From contig NC_058368.1 of the NCBI RefSeq assembly GCF_018350175.1, forward strand, positions 179,988,001-180,052,000: 64,000 nt of DNA. The letters run 5' to 3'. A model generated the notes under the pieces. It had not been told where the DNA came from. It saw only the letters and a list, made by a program, of their open reading frames with translations, and made no database searches. Position 1 is the stretch's first letter, and each line of letters starts with the position of its first letter. Position numbers and translations under genes: made by a program. Source of the stretch: Felis catus (Eukaryota). Shown piece by piece: positions 1 to 11,871 of the stretch.

Positions 1-86
1 CCAGCACTAGCCTATAGGACTCATCTCTGCCTTAGGAAAGACATGGAAATTGGACAGCCAGCATCTGTCGGATGATCCTGTAAGAG

Positions 87-331
87 GCAGTTTTGTGTAA
101 CAGTTAAAAATATAGGGCCCTGGTGTCCCTTTTGCCTGTATTTGAACATTGGCTCCACAACTTACTAGCTGTGATCAGGGCAGAGTTCGATCTCTAAGTT
201 CAACTCTTTGAAGAGTTCATCTCTAAGTAAGTTCATCTCTAAGTGAGTTCATTTCTTAGGATCCAAAATGGAAATGACTACCTGAGGATTGGTGCCAGCA
301 CATAGCAAATACTTAATAGTATTGTTATTAC
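87..331 (+). mobile_element. MIR, with a degenerate 16-bp tandem expansion (gttcatctctaagt[a/g]a) at about 184-252
   Basis: acttactagctgtga and gcacatagcaaatacttaatagtattgttatta MIR motifs. Confidence 0.7.
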
Positions 332-1514
332 TGACATCTTTACTGGAAGCTCTTGGCAAGCTCACACCAAAGCAGCATTCTTTACTAGTCTCACTCATTA
401 GAAGGCAGAGTTCGTGGAAGAACCTATAATATTCAGTTTAGGTTTTCTCAAAGGGCGTGTCATTATACATTCTTCCTGATTTCTGGAGTTTCCTAGAGCC
501 TCCAGCCAAATTAGAACAGTGCACAGCTGGGTGAGAAAGGCAAGTTCAACCTGGATGGGAGGGGGACATGCAGAGAAGCTTCAACCAGAAATGACTGAGT
601 CAATCAGTTGGGAAGCAATTCTGGGCTGGGGGAAAGGCTTGGGGATGCCTCTCTCAAACTTAGTGGGCATTTGGCATGTGTTCTCCTGCAGCCAAGTTCA
701 CAAAGAGACACCACCTACACACATCCTAGTGGGCTGAGCCAGCCAGCAGCATTCACATTCCCAGGACTGAGGAGGATGTGGAAGGGCCTGGTCATCAGCA
801 ATAGGCCTTGATTCCTGGTGCCATGATGGCTGTCCAATCAGCAGCCACTAAGCAAGACCAGGACAGGCTAGTCCTGCTTTGACATGTAAACCAGAGAAGA
901 AAGCAGGCACCTAAAGCATCCTCAATTTCATTCCTCCCCTCCCTGTCTGAGCCAGCAAAAGGGAGAGGGAGAAGTGAGCCCTCAGTCCCTCCCTTTGAGG
1001 TCCACCACAGAGGTGCTGCCAGAATCCCTCTGTGCTTCTCATTCCCCTGCCAGCAGTTTAGATATTTCCTACAGGGTCTAGCCACACTATTTGCACTCAG
1101 CTGCTCTTCAGAAAATGATGCTGCCTACTTTGGTTTGTGTTTGCCCCTGTAAATTCAATATAGGCACTGTTGGAGAAGTGGTATCTTCAGGGCCTAGAGT
1201 GCTGGCCATTGGGACCCTGGTGTCTGTAAGTACAAGTCAGGGCATCTCCAAGCTCACTTTAAAAAGATATTCTGCTGCCATGGCTGCCAGTGACTCACCA
1301 AGAGTCTCCTTCCTGGGGATTATTAAGGAGGGAACCTAGACTTAAGGAACAATTAACCTGCCTTGAGACAAGGGAAACAGGCCAGGCTTCCAAGAGGATT
1401 TATCTAGCCCAAGGAGTTTGGATTCCCAAAGGGGAATAGGAGGGGCTCAAAGAGTATCCCAAGAAGGTTGGCATACTGGGAAACTGCAGTGGCACTTATT
1501 GTGGATGCCTGGTT

Positions 1515-1690
1515 TTGCAATTATGTGATACATGCTCACAGATAATATTGCTGCATTAGAGCCAATTACATAGTGTTATGGACACACAACACGCAGATTA
1601 CACCCAGAGCCAAGAAAGCACAGAGTGATAAAGCGATGGCCTAATCGGAGGAGACAGAGGGAAATGTCAGCCTTATTAAGGTTGCCAGGG
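1515..1690. promoter_or_regulatory. Candidate homeodomain enhancer in intron 6 (CATTA-N5-AATTA at 1554-1568)
   Basis: No recognisable repeat; contains caatta, CATTAGAGCCAATTA, cagatta, ctaatc and tattaa motifs. Confidence 0.4.
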
Positions 1691-2010
1691 TGGTGTGGCT
1701 ACATCTGGACTTAGCTCCTCCAGATCAAAGATGGCTATCTTGAGGGATGTGAAGGAGAGCCACACTCCAGCACTCAGCAGAGAACAGTAGGGAGCCAGGG
1801 GCAGATGCCAAGTTGGAGCTTTCCCAGGGTGATTACAGCTACCTCCATGGAGGACTGTGTACTGTTTCAGAGCCTGGGCCTCTTTCTAAGCAGGAAAGCA
1901 CCATGCCCTCCACAAAAGAGGCTTTCAAGTCCCAGAGTCAGCAAGAAGATAGCCTATATTCTGTCCTCTACACTTAGGTAAAGGCTCTATTCTTAGCTAT
2001 GCCTCTAGCT

Positions 2011-2196
2011 CAATGGTTTTCAAACTTGAGCTTGCATGAGAATCCTCTGGAGGGTTTGTTAAAACGCACATGGCTGGGACCCCCCTCTCCCACAGAGCTT
2101 CTGATTCAGTGGGCCTAGGTAGGGCCTGAAGATATGCATCTCTAGCAAGTTCCCAGGTGATGCTGCAGGTCTGGGGACCACACTTGGAGAACCACT
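2011..2196. mobile_element. MER5A-like hAT-Charlie MITE
   Basis: Terminal inverted repeats caatggttttcaaa / ttggagaaccact; internal ttctgattcagtgggcctagg and tagcaagttcccaggtgatgctg. Confidence 0.85.
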
Positions 2197-2550
2197 ACCC
2201 AAGTTTTCATCCCACACCCAACCCAATCTGGGTACACCTGCCCTGTCCCTTGAACAGGGCCTTCTCCTTGGTTCCGATTTCATCACAGCATTGTAGGTTC
2301 TGGACGCAGTGGGAGCCATCTTCCAGGTGGGACTGTGGTGCAGGCCAGATATGTGTGGATTCTAGAGTTAGACCACCGGCTTTAGATTCCCAGCCCTCCC
2401 AGTTGCTACTTGGGCTTTCCTACCAGTGTTTTGACAGTCTCTGACCTAATCCCCTCTTCTTACAGAGCAGTTATGCCACTTGCCAGCAGATCACAGTTAA
2501 TTACTGACAAAGGCAGGACTGGAATTTCCCAGTTCTAGAGCAGCCAAAGC

Positions 2551-2754
2551 CAAGGGTCGGCAAACATTTTCTATAAAAAGGCAGATATTAATTATTTTAG
2601 GCTTTGTGCCCTGTGGTCTCTGTTGTGTCTCCTCGGCTGTTGTGACACGGAAGCAGCCATAGACAATACATAAACAGGTAGATAAAACTTTATTTACAAA
2701 AAACATTCTGTATTGGATGGTGTTTGACCTGTGGGCAGTAGTTCATCAATCCCA
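2551..2754. mobile_element. MER58A-like hAT-Charlie MITE
   Basis: caagggtcggcaaacattttctataaa...ttttaggctttg...gcagccatagacaata...aaaactttatttacaaaaa. Confidence 0.8.
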
Positions 2755-3999
2755 GTACGTGCACAGCTTCTCACGCATTCTTCATTACTGGGAGCCCTTG
2801 TCTTGCCACAGTGCCCTGGTATTTAGCTGAGGAACACAAGCACCTTTTTTCAGGGTAGCAGGGTTCTAGTTGGGCTCAACAGGAGCAACAATAAATTCAC
2901 TAATCCCTTAGTGCCCTGGGGGAGAAAAGTTTAAAGCCCTCCTCCTGGTGCTCACAACTGAGAGAGAATGGGATCCATTGTTAAAACTAGCATTGTCCAC
3001 ATGGATCATTTTAATAGGGAGAATGATCCTTTTTCATTAAACATTTATGTTCTGATTATGACAAAACAGAAGAGCGACTACTCAGTATACTGGCCACACT
3101 TAGTCTCAATATAAACATAGTATAATGGGGTAATGGGTTTTATAAAAGAGAAATGGGAGGTAGACAGACTGTCTTTAGATCTCATGGGCATTGGGGAGGG
3201 AATGGCTTTATTTCTAGTTTAGACTCAAATGCCCATTCAGGAGCTCTGACAGTGCAAAAGGGGGAGACCAGAACTGAAGTCTTACAGAATTGATCTGAGC
3301 CTGGCTTGATCTTGACACTGATGGAAAATGCTGAATTGAGAGCATTCATTTGGGAGTAGCCTCCAACCTGGGTGACTGGGGATAAAGTGTATTTTCTCAG
3401 AATCTGTCCAAAGGAGCAGAGCAGTGAGGTTGAGACTAGACTATGGAAATGGCGGAACCCCTCCAAGAGATGGAAGTAAGAAAGATGAGGGATGAGGTCA
3501 CCATAGCCTAGTCTGGGCCAGCCATGCAGTAGGCATGGGGGGCATTGTCAGACCCAAACATTTATTTTCCTGTTGGTTAATTTTCAAGGAAGTTTACAGA
3601 ACAGGAGATACTTGTGCAGTTCTTTCTAACTTTGGGTGCCAGGGTAGACATGACAGAGAATGTCTATGGTGGGGTAGTAAGCTTGCCCTGAAAACAGGAG
3701 GCAGTGGGCAAGCTGAGAGAAACTGTGGTGTAAAAGAGAACAGTAATTCCTGAACCCTCCAGGAGCTGATGTGCTACCCTGGGTGTCCCTCTCATAGCTT
3801 AAAATTGCTCATCTATACAGTAAGGGTAAGAATCCCAACCTCAGGGTTCTACAAGCATCAAATGACAGGAATGTGAAAGCATACTGTAAACTATAAAATA
3901 CTAACAAACCCAAGCTAAAATAACAGCTGATCATTACTGGGCATTGCATGTGAGCCAGGCTGTGTGTAACAACTGCACTTCCCATGCCTTGTTTCAGGG

Positions 4000-4451
4000 T
4001 GTGGTAGTCAGCTGGATAATGCCCCTCTCTCCAAAAAAATGTCCTTGTCCTCATCCCAGGAATTTAGGAATGTTACCTTATATGGCAAAAGAGATTTGGG
4101 AGATGTGACTAAGATAAGGATCCTGTGATGGGCAGGTTATCCTGGATTATCACTTGGGCTCTGAATGTCCTCCCAAGGGTCCTCATAACAGGAACGGATC
4201 ACAGTGAACAGTGGGAGATGTGGCCACAGAAGCAGGAGCTCAGAGTACTGCAAGGAAGGGAAGCACAGGCCAAAGAATGTGGGTGGTCTCTACAAGTAGC
4301 AAAGGACATTGAAACATTCTCCTCCTGATGCCTCCAGAAGAAACGTGGTCCCACAAACCCATGTTAGACTTCTGACCTGTGAGAGAATAAATTTGTGTTT
4401 ACACCACTAAACTTTAGTAATCTGTTATCCTAGTGGTAAGCAACAAATCCA
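4000..4451 (+). mobile_element. MaLR solo LTR (MLT1-type, MLT1D-like)
   Basis: TG...CA ends; aatgttaccttatatggcaaaagagatt, ttatcctggattatc, gcctccagaagaaac; AATAAA at 4386-4391. Confidence 0.85.
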
Positions 4452-6888
4452 GGCATCATTCCTGGAGTCAGGCTAGTTTAGGTTCATATCCTGGTCCTAC
4501 CACTTGCTTCATCCATGAAACAGAGGTGATAACAAAAATGCCTTCCTCATAGGCTGTTTGGAGCAATTAACTGAGATGGTACATGCAGAACCCTCAGTTC
4601 AGTTCCTACCTGGCATACATTAGCTCTCAGTCCAAGTTGGCAATTATTAGTATCATCTTATTTAATCGCCACTAAAGCTCTCTGAGATTGGTGCTATTAT
4701 TATCTCTGTGTTACAAAGGAGGAAACCTAATGAGATTAAGAAAACTTCCTCGTGGTTGCACAGGCTATAAGTGGCAGAGCCAGAATCTGAACCAGGTCTC
4801 TGCCTTCCACGCGCATGCTCCCCCAACCCTGCCCATCATGTTGGGGTTATGACCACACCACTTCCATTGAAGGCCAGCTACTTAGGGATGCGAGAACCAG
4901 ATAGAGCACTGTGCTCCATACATGGGCAAAGGCCACCAAGACTGGAGATCAAATAAATCTGTGTTTTTTGGGGAAACAAAAACTGTAACTGCAATGGAGA
5001 TCAGCATCCAAGAGGTGACCAGCCCTCTGACATTCCTGGGCTGGCCAGCCGCACGCAGCAAATCATGAAAGTCTGAATACTGTGTTTAGTCATTTTGGTT
5101 CTGGAATAATTGCTATTATCGTAAATGTTTTATAGCCCTCATTACAGCTCACATTTAAATATCAGTGTAGTAATACATTAATAAGTCATTGCTGCCGGAC
5201 TACTGCCGGATGCAGTTAAAGTCGAGCCCTGCATATAACTGCACTGTGTATTCAGCTAAATTAGGGCTGGCTGTGAACTCAACCTGATGTGAATGGCTGG
5301 GCATGGTTGGAAGGAAGCCTCTTTTCTGCAAAGGCTTCTTGCTTTTTACCTTTGAGAGAAAAAGTCTGGTAGTGAGACATTGATCCTAATAACTAGGTAT
5401 TGCCCCAAGAGTAGAGCCTAGAACTGTGGGACAGATAGAAAGGGAAACAAAGGCCATGATTTCTGCCCCAGAGGCATTCCTAATCCTACGGAGGACTGGA
5501 GTGAGGCATAGTCCCTACTTCCAGGAAGCTTCCTACCAAGGAAGTGGAGTGATGGATTCTTCAGCCTTGTCAGATAAGATATTCAGAAGGTTCCTGGGTG
5601 TGTGGAGACAGGATGGGTTAGCACACTTCACAGAAAAGTTAGGCCACATGAAACAAAACAACTACTTAGGTTCAACTTCATAAAATGCCAAGTGTCTGCA
5701 CTGGAGCATTGGTAAAGTATGGAGGAGGCAGAAGCAGGCAACACAAATGTGGTCTACTCCTTGCTCTTTACCATGTGCCTAAAATAGTGCTGGACACATG
5801 GGAAATATGGGAAGGGGGGGAGGGAAAAGTACTAGGTTCTGTGTCTTGAGGTAAATAGATTTCCTTCTGGCCCAAGAGCCAAACAAATGCTAATAAGGCC
5901 CTAAGGAATTGAGGGATAGCCTGGGGCAAGGGGGTGTGATCACTAGAATCCTCCTGTGGCCTGGGGTGGGGGAAGAAGGAATCTACACAGGCCCCTAGGG
6001 TGCAGTGGGTTTGGGGGCCACTGTGCTGAATGCAGCTGTATTTTTGCTTCAATGGAGGTCCAGGTAGGGGGAAACAGGAATGACCAGGAGAGGACTACAT
6101 TGTCTCCACCAACATCAGTAAACTGGTAGCCTCCATTTACTGAGTATATACTCCACACTAAGCCTTTTACCAACCTGTGAGGTACCATTACCTGCCTCCT
6201 GCCAATGAATAACCTGTGGATAAGAGATGCTGATAATTTGCCTAAGATCACTCAACTAGGATATATACGACTCAATTTGAAACACGTATGGACCAAGTCA
6301 TGGGGCTATAGTAAGGCACAGGACAGAAAACGTTGGAGGTCATTTTAAGAGAAAGGCAATGTGTTTACCAAGAACCAAGGACAAAAGGAGTCTGCTTAGT
6401 TTCCAAAGAAAGGCTTCTTTCTGGGCTAGTGTGGGCCTATGGCAGAGTAAGACAAGGTGAGCTACTGAGAAAACACTAACAATGAACTGTCCACATAGAC
6501 CCTGTATTAGGCAGCATGTACAATGGACAGAGCAGGGAAACTGGAGCAAGAATAGTGCTAGATTCACATCCCGTCTCTCACGCTTAGCAGCTAGGGGTCC
6601 TTGGGAAAACCCCTCCGTTGCTCAGCTTCCCCATCTATAGCACAAAGATAACGCCCACCTGGTAGGTACGTGTATTACTAAAAAGATGATACGTATATGT
6701 TTTCTTCTTTCTAAAATGAGGACACTCGTATGTAACTGGCACTGTGGTTGTGTGAATTAGTGATGCCATAATGAGGCACTCAGCACATAGTGGAATTTCA
6801 GGAAGTGATACTGTGGCTCCAGATGGGTAGGTCCATAAGTATGGTAAGGACAACAGAGGGAAGGAAAGAGCCACCTGAAAAAAGGAAT

Positions 6889-7095
6889 GGGGGGAGGGAG
6901 CCTGATTAAGCATCTGACTTTGGCTCAGGTCATGATCTTACAGTTTGTGAGTTTGAGCCCTGCGTCGGGCTCTGTGCTGACAGCTCAGAGCCTGGAGCTT
7001 GCTTTGGATCTGTGTCTCCCTCTCTCTCTGCCCCTCCCCTGCTCATGTTCTGTCTCTCTCTCTCAAAAATAAATAAACATTAAAAATTAAAAAAA
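6889..7095 (+). mobile_element. CanSINE (SINEC_Fc-like) with a deletion in the 5' A-box region
   Basis: ggctcaggtcatgatc...gagccctgcgtcgggctctgtgctgacagctcagagcctggag, (CT)n, aaaaataaataaacattaaaaa; TSD aaaaaaggaat at 6878-6888 and ending at 7106. Confidence 0.93.
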
Positions 7096-7288
7096 AAAAA
7101 AGGAATCAGGGATCCTCTTATCATCTGGAGATCAGACCTCTTATCTCCAGCTGCTCCATAGCTGTTGACTTATGATTCTTCCGGCAGTCACACCTGTTCC
7201 TCCCGCCACCTTCTAGAAGCATCTTGGTGCTGCCTTCCCCCCATGTTACTTCCTTGTTAACCATTTCCCTTTTCCTCTACCTTCACAG

Positions 7289-7360
7289 CACACTCAACAA
7301 CAACAACATCAGCCGCATCCTGGTCACTAGCTTCAACCACATGCCGAAGATTCGAACGCT
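7289..7360 (+). CDS. SLIT3: SLIT3 exon 7 (72 nt, one LRR of D1), phase 2-2
   Basis: Acceptor cctctaccttcacAG, donor GTaagt; translates (L)[23 protein letters not shown](L). Confidence 0.97.
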
Positions 7361-8431
7361 GTAAGTAAAGATCGCTGCTTCTGCCCCCATGTACTACCGG
7401 CCTCACTCAGCCCTACATGCTGCACCCTGAGCTGCTAGTAAAACCTATTGTGCTTGCTCTGCAGATAGGTCCTGGAGGAAACAGTGCCTTTCTCTACTGT
7501 TAACTAAGAGGTGTTGGGGAGCAACAGAAGAGGGGGAAGTGTGACAGTGCCATCCACGGCTCTGAACCCCCATTCCACAGTGGACAGATTCGTTTCTCTT
7601 TGCCTTAGGACGTGGGGATTCGTCCTCGTGTTCTTCACCCTGATGGAAAGTCTATTAGTGTCACAAAACATATAGAACTGGGACATAATGACTTACTATT
7701 TTCTTAGCTAATGTCGTGTACCATTGGCAGTTCCATCATAGTGCTGTGGTTATGTTTTCCCGCTATGTCCAGTGGAGGAGGAGGAGTCCTAGTCCCTGCT
7801 TCTCCCCATCCTCCCAGCCCACACCCAACGCGCTCTCCCCTGCTCCCTTGATGGTATTCTGATATTAGAATGCAGGAACTTGATTCTTTACCTTTAATTT
7901 GGGGGTAGGCTCAAGCCTTCCTTTTCTGTGTAGTCAGAAAGCAGATCTCCCCATAACACCCCATACCAAGAGCAGTTGCTTATTACCTGGGAAGTTCTTT
8001 TCTCCTCTCAGCCAGAAACCCTTTTGTGAGTTTCTCTGCAAATGGACTCCATTCGCCTTTCCACCAGAGGTTCATATTGATGGTTGTCTTGGTGGAACCT
8101 CATTGGTGTTTGTATTACAGTAATAGAAGAGAGCCAGCCCCCAAGAGTTTTCAGCTAAATACATTTAAGGCCAAGGCAAAGGGCTGCAATTCCTGCTGCA
8201 CCCTTTGTGAGCTCTGGGACCTCTGTTCTCTCCTCTATAAATGGGGGCGGTGGTGAGGATCAGATGAGATGATGAGGTATGTGCAGTGCCTGAGGAGTAG
8301 ACAATAAATGGTACTGACTGTTATTGTTATAACTGCTCTATCCAGAAATCTGGACTAGAAGTACCAAGCAGCCAGCTAATCGATGGCTCCTGAACCACAT
8401 GGAATCCACAGAGATTTAAAAATCCTTAGAA

Positions 8432-8586
8432 CAGTTGTTCCCAAAATTAGGTCCTTGGACCAGCAGCACCAGCATCACCTGGAACTGTAGACCCATGGAA
8501 TCAGAATCTCTGGGAGTGGGTCCAGCCTTTGGGTTTTAACAAGCCCTCCAGGAGCTTTTGATGCTCATAAGGTTTGAGAACCCCTG
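8432..8586. mobile_element. MER5A/MER5A1-like hAT-Charlie MITE
   Basis: cagttgttcccaaa...gaccagcagcaccagcatcacctgg...gaatcagaatctctggg...ttttaacaagccctccagg...tttgagaacccctg. Confidence 0.8.
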
Positions 8587-9959
8587 CATTAGTGAGAAAG
8601 TGACCTTATCTCGGGGGTGGAGAATGAAGCAGAAGCCAGTGAAGGCACTGTGTAAGGAGACAGTACAGAGAACCTGAAGCAGACCCGAGTTTAAAGGTGA
8701 GCTCTGCCACTTTGGGCAAGTTTCTTTGTCTCTCTGCCCTGCAGGGACAGTGAATTAAATGCTTGTCTCACAGTTGTTGTGAGAATGAAGTGCACTAGCA
8801 TGTAAAGGGCCCGGTCATGGTGTGCACTCAACAAATGCTAGTTATTATGAAGAAGAATCTGAGCCTGGTGTTCATCATTGCTCCCCGTCTCTCCCTCCGA
8901 TCCCTCGCGTGATAGCATAATTCAACCAAGAAAATCTACCCTTTTGCTTCCACTTTAAAATGGGATGGTGCAGTCATGGAGTTTTAAGGAGAAACCATGG
9001 GGTCTTCAAAGACCCCTTCAAAGTCCACAGCATGCCACAAATGAGCCTCAGGAGAGCGAGCCGAGGGCCCCTGGCCAAGAAGCTGAAAGCGAGTGTCCAG
9101 GTACAGGGCCTGCATTTCCCCAGACAGGTTGGTTGAATAGAAGAAAAATGGCCCTCGCCTACAGAGAAAGCCAGAGTCCAGCTCCCGTGGCTACTCTTCT
9201 GTGACTTCAGCCGCCCCTCTTGTTGTCAGTCTAAGAGTAGCAATAACAGAAGCTGGGCCAGGTCCACGGGATGGGGGCCGGGGGTAGCTAGGTCTGGATC
9301 TCAGGTGCTTTGTTCGGCTGTGTCGGGTGGGAAAGGAGGGCAGAAGAGTTTCCTCTCGTTTCTGTTGTCATCCTTGCCTGTGGTCCTGAACACTCATCTG
9401 ATGAGTTCAGATCAATCAATCTCATCTGTTCTCTTTGCTCCGTGCCTGCTGCCACTTTCTCTTTAGTTTAATTTCAGAGACGGCTCTGTACAGAACTCCC
9501 CAGAGACTTGCGCTGACTAATCCCCCTTTGCTGTAATTAAGGTGGGGGTGGGGGGAGACTAGTGAGGGGAGATGGGGGAAGAGGAGAGAGGAAGGAAGTC
9601 ATAAATGGGATTTCTAAAGGAAAGCTTTTATATTTAATTCAGAAAGCCACATTTTATAGAAAATGAACAGTGACCCTCTCTAAAAGGATTTGCTGGAAAT
9701 TTAATTTAGCGCCTGTGGCTAAAAGGCACCTTTTACAAATTGGCATTAGGATTCATTCACCTTATCTTTTGTGAAGGTGGTTTGGCCAACATGGAATATG
9801 GTGTTTCCAGCGGCAAAAGACGGCAGAACATGCGGGAACCACCTAGGCGCCTTGATGCCTTGGTGTCTAAGTTAGAAATGGTAGCCTTGTACAGGGGAGG
9901 GCCATGGGTTGAGAGGAGACAGAAGTGTGGACCTAGCATCCTCATGACAGTAATGACCA

Positions 9960-10190
9960 CGGACATCACTGTGGTGGCTCATGGTTTGCAGGGCCTTATG
10001 CCAAGCTTGTCTCATGAATTCTTTCAGTCCTTACAACAGCCCTGGAAAGGGGGCACCAATAATATCCCCATTTTACAGATCAGAGCACTGAGGCCCAGAG
10101 TTAAATCCCTGCCCAAAGTCAGAGTAGGAAAGCAGAGAGGCAATGTCAGATTTGGGCAATTTGGCATCAGAGCCAGAGCTCATTCCGTTC
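9960..10190 (-). mobile_element. MIR
   Basis: ccttacaacagccctg...tatccccattttacagatcagagcactgaggcccagag. Confidence 0.75.
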
Positions 10191-11200
10191 ACCAGAAACT
10201 AAGGCAGAAGGGTGTGTTCCAGGTGAGCCGAGGAAGGAGAGAAAGGCCACTGGAGGCCACCTTCCCCCAGGTCATTGCTATCCCAACTCACCAGAATTAT
10301 GGGAAGTAATTAAAATAATTTTCCGTCTCAATCAAGGGGATTAGGAATACTCCTGGCAGTGTCCAGGCTCATGTTTCATGATCAATGTGATTACTTTTCT
10401 TTCAATGTTACTATTTGGGATCATACTGCTCAATTTAATCTCCCAAACATGATAGGAAAGGCTGCACTTTGGAAGAATCTGCCCAGTTCAACTCTGCCAG
10501 CGCTTCTGGTGGGTAAAATTCCAAGAGTGGGGATCTGAGCCCTTCCATTGCCCTGGGCTTTTGACAAGAGCCTTCAGGTACCTTCCGAGTCAGTTCTGGT
10601 CACCTCTTTTCCATGGTCCCACGTGGAAGGGGAAAAATTCCTACAAAGGTGGACAAAGGGTTAGGAACCATCTGTAGCAAGGTTAGGAAGAGAGGTAGCT
10701 TGGGGCCAGCCAACAGGGATTGAAAAAGAACCATCCTAATGTAATTTTCCAAAAGGAAGTCTTCGACATTTTCATTATCCCAGAAATTAATCAGTTAAGG
10801 ATCTGACTTATTTAACCCTCATTTTTGTCATTCCACTGATGTCTTACCCCCGATGGGGAATTGGTTGATGTTGATCTGCCTTGTGGGCCCGTGCTCAGTG
10901 CTTCATGGGAATCCCGTTTCCTCAGCTTCCATGCCTCACTGCCAAAGAAGGCAACTGCCTTTCCTCATAGAAGCCAGACTCTCATCAGAAGGCTCTGATT
11001 CTCCTGGCACGTGAAAGAGCCCCAACGCCTCAGCCTGTGCTACCATTGGAGCCTATCTCTCTCCACCTTGTCCCTAAGAACCAACCCACCGTTGCCGTTC
11101 TCCTAGGCAGCCTTTATACCCAGTGGTCTATTCCTAGCCATAGAACCAACACTCCATGCCTCCTTCTCTTTCCGCCCCCCTGCCTCTCTTTCTCTCCCTC

Positions 11201-11211
11201 CTGTCTGTCTG

Positions 11212-11263
<52 letters not shown>

Positions 11264-11287
11264 TGTGTGTGTGTGTGTGTGTCTGAG

Positions 11288-11361
<74 letters not shown>

Positions 11362-11384
11362 TGAGTGTCTGTCTGTCTGTCTCT
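11201..11384. repeat. Compound microsatellite with higher-order unit (CTGT)3(CT)n(GT)nCTGAGTGT, about 2.2 copies
   Basis: Units at 11201-11290 and 11291-11368, partial unit at 11369-11384. Confidence 0.95.
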
Positions 11385-11599
11385 ACAACTCACTGATAGA
11401 TCAGGAAACAAATCATTTTCACTCATGCTGAAATTTCCCAAGAAGGCCCAGTATACAAGAGAAATTCCCTCCTCTCCCTCATGTTCTTCCCCTAGTTTAG
11501 GATTTTGCCTCCCCTCCCCCTTCCCGCCTACAGCACTTCTTTCTGAAGTGCCACACAAAGAGAAGGCAGCATAGGAGTCTGGGCTTTGAAACTCAAAGG

Positions 11600-11871
11600 G
11601 GAGAATTTCTTGGAGCCCATTACAGACATAGCATCTTAGGCCTAGGAACCTATGAAAATGTGTTCAACCTTAAAGTATTGGCTCTGAAATCCAAAAGAGC
11701 ATTACAACATCAAAATTCATCATTTTGAAAAACAAAATCATAAACACCATTTCAAATTGTTTTTCAGCAGAAAAAATAATTGCATTCTACATGGGATATA
11801 GGTTCATTTAGTTGGCAGATATGATGGGATCTTGGGACCCCCTGAGGCTGTCAAGGCCCCTAGTGGCCCTG
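11600..11871. mobile_element. Ancient hAT-type (Tip100-like) DNA transposon remnant
   Basis: gcctaggaacctatgaaaatgtgtt...attggctctgaaat, an AT-rich core and terminal gtggccctg; family recalled by resemblance only. Confidence 0.4.

Noticed and set aside
184..252. Short repeated gttcatctctaag units, superficially array-like
   Set aside because: Contiguous degenerate tandem duplication inside a MIR with no unique spacers, in eukaryotic DNA; not CRISPR.
6887..7072. Similar peptides (AQVMI...TAQSLEPA...) recurring at 6887, 23548, 32636 and 47174
   Set aside because: Translations of CanSINE copies, not a gene family.
11037..11558. ORFs with CVCV/THTH runs (also 50837-51190)
   Set aside because: Translations of dinucleotide microsatellites.
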